The notes beneath the pieces are model-generated. The model was not told where the DNA came from. It was given only the letters and a program-made list of their open reading frames with translations, and did no database searches. Position numbers and translations under genes: made by a program. Of a stretch of 28,843 nucleotides of DNA, positions 22,530-28,843 are shown one piece after another. This stretch comes from a virus (Duplodnaviria > Caudoviricetes). Numbering within the stretch: position 1 is the stretch's first letter; every line of letters begins with the position of its first letter. The stretch lies in IMG/VR virus record IMGVR_UViG_3300033067_000911, positions 1 to 28,843 of that record; one strand, 5' to 3'.

Positions 22530-23347
22530 GGCCGCCCGAAGTAGCCGAACAGCCCGCCGAGCACCGTGCCCCAGTCAGCACCGATTCCTAGCGAGTTGCC
22601 GAGTTGCGAGCCGACCAGGGCGCCGCCAAGCGTGGACGACGCCCCGGAGACGCCGGGCTGCGAATGCTGGGAGCCGAAGTTCATCCCGCCGAGAGCTTTG
22701 CCCATCACGTCGAGTTTCTGCTGCGGGAACTGCTGGGCCTCTTGCCACCAAGCGTAATTCTGGCCTGCGTTCCTGTCGGCGTAGCCCTGAGCCTGCGTCC
22801 CTGCGGTCAGGAGTTGGTTCGCATCGTAGTAGTCCTGCGCGGCGTACTGCGGCGCCATCCCGAGGGCTTGCTGCTGGAATCCTCGCTCGGTGTTGTATGC
22901 GTTGGACCGCATGTCGGAGCCGATCCGGCCCATGGCGTTTGCCAGATTGCCCTGAGCATTCCCGGCGAGTTCACCGATAGCGGAGTTACCGAAACTACCA
23001 GACTTGAGCGCGGAGGTTTCCCAAGAAGGTTTAGCCACCGTGTTCCACGACTTCGCCAGATCGCCCTGCGCGTTGCTGATCTGGGTGTCGAGGTAGGGAT
23101 TCTGTTGGCCTACGAACTTCCCAGACAGGGTGTCCATCAGGGTTTGATTCCCCGCGGACATCACGGGGGAGCCGCCCATAGCCCTGTTTGCGATGGCCTG
23201 CCAGCCTCCGGTCAGGAGGTCATTCGGCTGCGCGGTTTGTGTCGGGCTCTGGGTATACCCTTGGTTCGAGACTTCCTGAGCACGGCCCAGATAGTCCTGC
23301 ATGTAGGGCTGCACCCACGGGAGCGGCTGATTCTGGGTCGTGTACAT
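22526..23347 (-). CDS. DNA pilot/transfer-like virion protein (273 aa)
   Basis: PWVQPY and NPYL motifs, Gln/Gly/Ala-rich, C-terminal glycine zipper. Confidence 0.7.
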   Translation of the reverse strand: MYTTQNQPLPWVQPYMQDYLGRAQEVSNQGYTQSPTQTAQPNDLLTGGWQAIANRAMGGSPVMSAGNQTLMDTLSGKFVGQQNPYLDTQISNAQGDLAKSWNTVAKPSWETSALKSGSFGNSAIGELAGNAQGNLANAMGRIGSDMRSNAYNTERGFQQQALGMAPQYAAQDYYDANQLLTAGTQAQGYADRNAGQNYAWWQEAQQFPQQKLDVMGKALGGMNFGSQHSQPGVSGASSTLGGALVGSQLGNSLGIGADWGTVLGGLFGYFGRP

Positions 23348-23353
23348 ACTTCC

Positions 23354-23752
23354 TCACTCGAACATGACAACGACTGTACCCGTGGCGCTTGCGCCGTAAT
23401 CGACATACAGCCCGGTTTCGCAGGTGATACCTACCTGTTTTTCGATACGAGTCCCTGTCGCTGTCGTTGCGGGTATTGTATCGATTACCGTCCCGGAACC
23501 GGCTGAAGTTGCGTCCCGAATATCGATGGACGCAGTAGCCGTAGCCGCTGTGATGGTGAAGCCTCGATACACACACGGCCCTGATTTGACCAAGGCATCG
23601 GCAGTGATAGCTGAACTGTGGTTTGCCTTTGCCATGACGGTATCCGTTAGTTCGTTCGTCGACCCTGCCAAGTCCCGGAGAATCCCCAGCAGCGCGAATC
23701 TCAGATCCTTGTCCATGTTGGCCGGGAGCCGACCGTCGACAACGACCTTCAT
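23354..23752 (-). CDS. Virion-associated hypothetical protein (132 aa)
   Basis: ATGA-coupled to the nozzle gene; beta-rich C-terminal domain. Confidence 0.75.
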   Translation of the reverse strand: MKVVVDGRLPANMDKDLRFALLGILRDLAGSTNELTDTVMAKANHSSAITADALVKSGPCVYRGFTITAATATASIDIRDATSAGSGTVIDTIPATTATGTRIEKQVGITCETGLYVDYGASATGTVVVMFE

Positions 23753-25212
23753 CGCGTTCCCACCGGTTTGATCGGGACGCTGTATCCAATGACCTTGCAG
23801 TCACCGGTGAAATTGAACTTCAGCCGATGCCAACGGGCCGTTTGCCTGATAGGGAACGAGTTACTTCCGTTCGCCGGGACATCGTGCGCGCTTTGGCTGG
23901 AGCCGGCCCCAACAGAGCCGCCCGTCGCCATGGAATAGAACGCCGAGATATTGGCGGAGGTTGGCTGCTGCATATAACGCAGCGTCGCCTCTACCATGCT
24001 GGTCACTACCCCATCGTCCCCAATGTCGTGCAGGGTAAAAGATGATGCCCCGGGGTCTCCTGTCAATACCTGCATCACATGCGAGGTGTTGAACAGGGCA
24101 ACTAGCTTATTCCCTGCGGGGACTTCGTCGAAAGTACCCGTCGCAGCATCGAACGTCCCGGAGTCGGAATCGAACGTCTGCGAGGGTTGGATGAAGATCA
24201 GCGCCGCCTCGATGGTCGCGTCATCCCTGCCCCATTGGCCTGTTTTCAGGTGATAGACAAGGCACCTGTCAGGCCTGCCGGTAGAGGTTCCGGCGCTCGG
24301 GAAGTACACCCGCACCAAGTCGTTGTCCCGGTCAAAGATGACGATGGTCCGATAACGGTAAGTGCCAGACGAGTTGTCAATGAACCATTTCCGGCAGTCC
24401 GAAGCGATGGGCTGGGGACGTGCGCCGTCGAAGATGTAGATATTGTCCTCGCCGACCACGAAGTGAGCGGTTCCGAGGTTCGCCACTGCGTCGAGTCCGA
24501 CGCATCCAAACCCGGGCAGTTCCTCCCACGACCATACCCCGCCGTTCGCCCCAACGAAGGAGCCGAGATACAGGGATCGAGCCTTGTAGGCCACGACACG
24601 ATCAGACCCGAACTTGTGGGCTGTCAGAATCGGCCCCTCGCTTCCCAAGAGCCGTCCTGTCGCGCACAACTTGGCAACGCTCGGAGTCCAGCTCGTCACG
24701 TCGTTGACGGCGCAGCACCACCACCGATCAGGGGATGTCCCGAACGTCGCATCGATGGTGTTGAAGGCAAGAACGAACCCGCCCCCAGAGGACAGCACGG
24801 ACTCAATGACGGTAGCTTGCGGAGCCCCGGAGATGGCCGCGAACTCTGCGGACGACGTGCTTTGAATCACCTCGTCAATCGTGGCGGCTAGCGATGTATC
24901 CCCGAACTGCGCGAAGCACCAGCGCGAAGTCGCCCCGAGGGTGTAGGTTCCGCCCCCAGCGGAGACATCGGTCCAACTGGTGCCGGATAGCTCATAGAGC
25001 TTCGATGCGGTTCCCGCGAACACCCGGCGGGTGGCGTCGAGCTTCGTCAGCGTTTCGGCCCCAAGGCACTCGGCGGCCAAAGCGTCGGCATAGCTCGTGG
25101 CGGACTCGGCCGCGCGCATCCCTGACTCGTAGGGAATCCACTGCACGCAATCGACAATGACCCCCTCTGTCGTCGTCGGGAGGTCGGGGGCGAAGCCACG
25201 AAGCGGGGTCAC
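23749..25212 (-). CDS. Tail nozzle / packaged-DNA-stabilisation protein (P22 gp10 / tubular-B-like, 487 aa)
   Basis: All-beta propeller-like sequence directly after the adaptor; GTG start overlaps the adaptor stop. Confidence 0.75.
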   Translation of the reverse strand: MTPLRGFAPDLPTTTEGVIVDCVQWIPYESGMRAAESATSYADALAAECLGAETLTKLDATRRVFAGTASKLYELSGTSWTDVSAGGGTYTLGATSRWCFAQFGDTSLAATIDEVIQSTSSAEFAAISGAPQATVIESVLSSGGGFVLAFNTIDATFGTSPDRWWCCAVNDVTSWTPSVAKLCATGRLLGSEGPILTAHKFGSDRVVAYKARSLYLGSFVGANGGVWSWEELPGFGCVGLDAVANLGTAHFVVGEDNIYIFDGARPQPIASDCRKWFIDNSSGTYRYRTIVIFDRDNDLVRVYFPSAGTSTGRPDRCLVYHLKTGQWGRDDATIEAALIFIQPSQTFDSDSGTFDAATGTFDEVPAGNKLVALFNTSHVMQVLTGDPGASSFTLHDIGDDGVVTSMVEATLRYMQQPTSANISAFYSMATGGSVGAGSSQSAHDVPANGSNSFPIRQTARWHRLKFNFTGDCKVIGYSVPIKPVGTR

Positions 25213-25829
25213 TTCACCACCCGCACCTGTAGAGAGCCGCCGCCCTGCCGCATCGTTGAGCGGTTCAGGCCTGAAATCGCGGACTTGAGCATCCCGAACC
25301 AACCATTGATGCGCTCGTCAGCCCCGAGGAACGGGGCGCTTTCCATCAGGGCGGCATAGAGCAGAACACCGGGGGCATTGGTCAGCAGCCAATTCGTGTC
25401 AGCGTCAGCACTGAACGCCGTTAACGCCTTGTAGTAGTCCAGCGTATAGGACGAAGCTGAGCCGGGCACCTTGATCGCGTTGTCAAGGTAGGTGTACTCC
25501 ACCGGAAGGGCTGTGCTGTTAGCCACTTCCGAGAACCGCTCCGGCGGAATGTAGCCTAGGCTCCACGAGGCCCCGTTACTCGATACAGCGACGCGGATGG
25601 GCTCCAGAAAACCGGTCGGGAACGCGATGGAGCCTGCGGAGATGGTGCCCGTAGCCTGCTCCTGCATCGCCGGGATGCGCAACGGCTGCGACGGGTAGGG
25701 CATGTCCGCGCCGTAGTTGATGCGCTGCATCCCGAGCGTGATGAAGTCCGGGATGTACGAAGTCAGGTCGGCGCGGTTCAGGTAGCTCGCTACCGCCGTT
25801 TTCAGTTCCCCATAGGTGGTGATGCTCAT
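25209..25829 (-). CDS. Head-tail adaptor protein (206 aa)
   Basis: ITTYGELKTAVASYLNRADLT..IPDFI and TNWLLTNAP..LLYAAL.E..PFL motifs. Confidence 0.82.
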   Translation of the reverse strand: MSITTYGELKTAVASYLNRADLTSYIPDFITLGMQRINYGADMPYPSQPLRIPAMQEQATGTISAGSIAFPTGFLEPIRVAVSSNGASWSLGYIPPERFSEVANSTALPVEYTYLDNAIKVPGSASSYTLDYYKALTAFSADADTNWLLTNAPGVLLYAALMESAPFLGADERINGWFGMLKSAISGLNRSTMRQGGGSLQVRVVK

Positions 25830-26359
25830 AGCTCACTTGGCGAAACGAGCACGACGAAACCGCCCGGCGTGCGTTGGAATGACTGGAGGCAGAAGCGGTC
25901 CGTGATCTTCGGGAGCCACCACTCGGGAGGCTCTTGGATCAGGTGCGCATTCCTGCCGTCGGGGAGTGTTTTCCCGGCCGGGACGCAGGAGACAGTGAAT
26001 AGCCCGACACGGAGCGTGAGGCGCTTCAAGTCATCAAGCACCTCGAACAGGCACTCTGGCTCAATGTGCTCAAGGACATCGATGCAGGCCACCATCTCCG
26101 CTGGCTCAGGGGCCTTTGCGTACTGAGGAATGGCGGGCTCATACGGGATGTAGTTGAACGCCGACTTCGCCAGCCGTTTCTCGTTGATCGTTCGGATCAG
26201 CGTGAGCCTGGAGCCAGCCCCGTAGTCCAGAAGCGTCTTGACGCCGTGCGAGTCGATGACCTTCGCCACCATGGGTGCGTACTCTGCGGAGGCGACCCCG
26301 TAGAGGGTCGTCTCGTGCATATGCCGCTGCTGTTCGCGGTATTCAGGGCTGATCAGCAC
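25826..26359 (-). CDS. Class I SAM-dependent methyltransferase (about 177 aa)
   Basis: LLDYGAG motif I; CIDVLEHIEP; DGRNAHL. Confidence 0.88.
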   Translation of the reverse strand: MLISPEYREQQRHMHETTLYGVASAEYAPMVAKVIDSHGVKTLLDYGAGSRLTLIRTINEKRLAKSAFNYIPYEPAIPQYAKAPEPAEMVACIDVLEHIEPECLFEVLDDLKRLTLRVGLFTVSCVPAGKTLPDGRNAHLIQEPPEWWLPKITDRFCLQSFQRTPGGFVVLVSPSEL

Positions 26360-27024
26360 GGGGCTATTGCCTTTCGATACTCTGCCCACCACTCGGAAGA
26401 CCTTTCAGCCTCGGAATACTCCGGGAAGCACGGGGTTCCAACGGTGTAGTGATTGAGCTTTGCTTCAGCGTCCGGGTATTCTAAGACGAGGTGGTTCCAC
26501 TCGCGCGGGAGTTCCCCGATGCGGTCATCCTCCAGCCATTCGAACCGGTGCAGGTGAGAGCCTTTGGCTTTCTCGACGTAGGAGGGCGTCAAAACCCGGT
26601 TTCTGGCGTTCCCGCAGGCCCACAGCATGACGCTTGACCAGTTCTTGCGGGGATAGTCCTCGTTCTTGGCCCCGAGATACTTGGTCGGGTGCTTGGTCTT
26701 GTAGTCGTGCTTGACGACCTTCACAGCAGAGTAAAGGTCGCGCTCGGCCCAGAGTTCGGCGATGTCTGCCTTTACGATCATGTCGCCATCCACAAAGATC
26801 GCGTGCCCAGAAAACCCCATCATCCAAGGGATGAGAAACCGCGAGTAGATGAAGGCGTTTGACCCGTCTGTATGGGTCTCCTCGTACTGGCGGAGCATCC
26901 CCAAATGCAGAGGGTGGAATGACACGGGCACCGATGCCCGCTCGATGATGGATTGGCAGCAGACGTGATACGCCACTGCCTCACGGGGGTCGAAGCCTAC
27001 GAAAACAGGGATTGTCTCAACCAT
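26353..27024 (-). CDS. GT-A fold glycosyltransferase (GT8-like, 223 aa)
   Basis: FVGFDPRE, SRFLIP, FVDGDM (DxD), RKNWSS, EWNHL and HYTVGTP motifs. Confidence 0.88.
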   Translation of the reverse strand: MVETIPVFVGFDPREAVAYHVCCQSIIERASVPVSFHPLHLGMLRQYEETHTDGSNAFIYSRFLIPWMMGFSGHAIFVDGDMIVKADIAELWAERDLYSAVKVVKHDYKTKHPTKYLGAKNEDYPRKNWSSVMLWACGNARNRVLTPSYVEKAKGSHLHRFEWLEDDRIGELPREWNHLVLEYPDAEAKLNHYTVGTPCFPEYSEAERSSEWWAEYRKAIAPC

Positions 27025-28379
27025 TGCTTGATGCCGTCGAGTTCCCACTGCCCGAGCTTCTTTTGCCGGAACAGCTTGACGCAGGAGTACCAAGGGAGCG
27101 AATCCCCGGAGGCCCCGTAGCGCCATTGGGATGTTTTGGGGATGCCGGCAGCACAAGGAACACCCAGAGCGCCGGCCACGTGAACGGCCGTGCTCTGCAT
27201 CGCCACTACAGCGTCAAGCGAGGCAAACAGCGCAGCCGTCTCGTCATAGTCTCTTGCAATGGTTGCTTGCGGATACTGCACCAAGTCAATATCCGGGTAC
27301 TTGGCCCGAAACTCGGTGATTTCCTGAGCGGCGTCCTTGTATTGGAGGCTGACCCACTTTGCCGGGATGGTGCGCATGATCTGCGCCATTTCCTCGTGGC
27401 TCCACCTCCGATACATCGCGGCGGTTTCCTTCAGCCCCCCGGTCCACGCGATGCCGATTACGGGTTTACCCTTGTCCTTCCACAGCGCCTTCCACATGAG
27501 CACGCGCTCGGGGTCTGCTTTGAGGAACGGAGTGCCGGGGAAGTCTTCCGCCTTCTGGCGGAACAGTGCCCCCACTTGCATGGCAGCGATGGAGTAATCG
27601 ACCTTCTGGTCTTCCTCGGCCCAGTTCAGAACCTTGGCGCTGCGGGTGCCGTAGACCTTCGCCTCGGGGAATGACCGTTGGAACAGGTTAGCCAGCCGAG
27701 CGTCGCAGTCGATGATGACTTTCCCGGCACGCTTGATCGCATCTGGGATCATCGAAGCGGCGCATACTTCGTCGCCGATGCCCTGTTCTCCGAAGATAAC
27801 GACCGATCCACCGGGTTCGCCATGCCAAGTCGGCTCGCCCCCGTAGTTCCACGCAATACGCTGCGGAGACCCGACGGAAGCCTCGTACAGCCGCCATCCT
27901 TCTTTCCACTCTCCCGAGGCCAAGAGGCAAAGCCCCATGTTGTGACGTGACTTGAGGTGCTCGGGGTCGATCTTGAGCGCCTTTTCGCTGAACTGGCGCG
28001 CCTTGTCGAAATCTCCCATCTGGAGATGGACCGCGGCCAGGTTCGTGTAGATCGTCAGCCGCGTGTCGTCGTCCCCGGCTTTGAGTTGGGTCAGTGCTCG
28101 GGCATAGCACGCCTCAGCCTCGGCCATCCGCCACAGGGTATCGCAGCACTTCCCGAGGTTGATCCACCCCACAGGATTGGACGGGTGCGCCGCCGTGATC
28201 TGCTTGCAGACCTGATAGGCCAATGCAGGGTTGCCTTGCTTCTCCAGCATGAACGATGCGAGCAACAAACCCTTCGGGTCGTTCGGCTCTTCCGACAGAT
28301 GCGGCGACAGGATGCGCCACGCATCCGGATACTTGCCGGACTCCGCGAGTTCTCGCGCTTCGTTCAGGTCTGCCGCCAA
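26997..28379 (-). CDS. TPR-repeat + GT-B (GT9-like) glycosyltransferase (460 aa)
   Basis: N-terminal TPRs; GWRLYE, EQGIGDE, IGIAWTG, SLQY, HVAGALG and WRYG...PWY...LFRQ motifs. Confidence 0.88.
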   Translation of the reverse strand: MAADLNEARELAESGKYPDAWRILSPHLSEEPNDPKGLLLASFMLEKQGNPALAYQVCKQITAAHPSNPVGWINLGKCCDTLWRMAEAEACYARALTQLKAGDDDTRLTIYTNLAAVHLQMGDFDKARQFSEKALKIDPEHLKSRHNMGLCLLASGEWKEGWRLYEASVGSPQRIAWNYGGEPTWHGEPGGSVVIFGEQGIGDEVCAASMIPDAIKRAGKVIIDCDARLANLFQRSFPEAKVYGTRSAKVLNWAEEDQKVDYSIAAMQVGALFRQKAEDFPGTPFLKADPERVLMWKALWKDKGKPVIGIAWTGGLKETAAMYRRWSHEEMAQIMRTIPAKWVSLQYKDAAQEITEFRAKYPDIDLVQYPQATIARDYDETAALFASLDAVVAMQSTAVHVAGALGVPCAAGIPKTSQWRYGASGDSLPWYSCVKLFRQKKLGQWELDGIKQWLRQSLFS

Positions 28380-28711
28380 ATCTTCTTCTCCGTGAGTTTC
28401 AGGGCTGGATAGTGGAGTTCAATTTCCCGAGCAACCTTGGTCGCGTCTCGACCTTCCATGCTCGCTACATCAACGCCCTTCTTCAATAGCTCCGCCATGA
28501 CGGTGGACGGGATGATGGCTTGGGGAAACCACTTCTCATCGCCCTGCCCGATGTAGCTGGAAGGCCCGTTTGCGCGGGTCTCCGCTGCTACTTTCAGGAT
28601 TCCTGAAACGTCCTCTTCTCGACGGAAGACAACGAGGTCTTTTTCCTCGTCGTAGTCGAAAAGCGTCGTGACCCCTGTGATCGGGTCATAGCTAAAGTGC
28701 TCGAATGCCAT
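28364..28711 (-). CDS. Hypothetical protein downstream of the capsid gene (115 aa)
   Basis: Clean ORF directly after the capsid-gene terminator. Confidence 0.75.
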   Translation of the reverse strand: MAFEHFSYDPITGVTTLFDYDEEKDLVVFRREEDVSGILKVAAETRANGPSSYIGQGDEKWFPQAIIPSTVMAELLKKGVDVASMEGRDATKVAREIELHYPALKLTEKKIWRQT

Positions 28712-28712
28712 T

Positions 28713-28736
28713 GAAGAAAGGCCCCCGAAGGGGCCT
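28713..28736 (-). terminator. Intrinsic terminator after the major capsid gene
   Basis: AGGCCCC-TTCG-GGGGCCT hairpin (cUUCGg loop) followed by TTCTTC. Confidence 0.8.
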
Positions 28737-28741
28737 CCCGG

Positions 28742-28843
28742 TTAAGCGCAGGAAACGACCTTGCCAGAGGCCGCTTCGTTGCGGGACACCAGCCCGTACT
28801 CCGTGACGAGTTGGTACTTCTTGCCGTCGCCGGTCTTCGCCAG
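28742..28843 (-). CDS. Major capsid protein C-terminus (DUF5309/SU10-like), partial
   Basis: LAKTGDGKKYQLVTEYGLVSRNEAASGKVVSCA*, matching the LAKTGD...EY.L..RNE.A.G ending of this capsid family. Confidence 0.8.
   Translation of the reverse strand: MAKTGDGKKYQLVTEYGLVSRNEAASGKVVSCA

Larger units (their letters stand above)
1..28843. mobile_element. Tailed dsDNA phage (or prophage) genome segment, podovirus-like
   Basis: Dense, translationally coupled (ATGA/GTGA overlap) genes in phage module order: capsid, adaptor, nozzle, ejection proteins, fibre, spike; Cro, ERF, initiator, helicase, MTase. No tape-measure or sheath gene between adaptor and fibre, and no host housekeeping genes. Confidence 0.95.

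Noticed and set aside
22604-23506. Long plus-strand ORFs opposite structural and replication genes (also 8309-9103, 24187-24891, 27012-27674)
   Set aside because: Typical antisense shadows of GC-rich coding sequence, with no motifs or RBS.
1-28843. tRNA, rRNA, IS elements, intI or attI
   Set aside because: None recognised by eye; no tyrosine-recombinase or transposase motifs in any ORF. An integrase beyond the left edge cannot be excluded.

Overview
This window is a GC-rich fragment of a tailed dsDNA phage genome with a podovirus-like structural layout and a probable Proteobacterial host. From right to left on the minus strand it carries the C-terminus of the major capsid protein, a terminator, a TPR-glycosyltransferase / glycosyltransferase / methyltransferase trio, adaptor and nozzle genes, three ejection-type proteins, a tail fibre, a tailspike and a cluster of small membrane genes. 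One oppositely oriented gene for an outer-membrane-like protein interrupts the tail genes. A plus-strand early operon (9.39-13.63 kb) encodes a LexA DNA-binding-domain-only protein, ERF, a Ref-like nuclease and DUF1367. A divergent minus-strand operon starts with a Cro-like gene and continues through an SNF2-like helicase, DNA methyltransferase, MazG-like protein and a replication initiator with internal iteron-like repeats. No CI repressor, integrase or endolysin is recognisable. The most notable signal is at 1-2.25 kb: an array of integron-type attC sites (four intact, one degenerate, two half-sites) separating single small genes. Every gene is inverted relative to attC polarity, most stop codons fall in or next to the attC R' end, and a sigma70-like promoter at about 2.97-2.99 kb points into the array from its distal end. 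All product calls come from motif recognition by eye, not database searches. Many start codons were re-called using RBS and stop/start overlaps.
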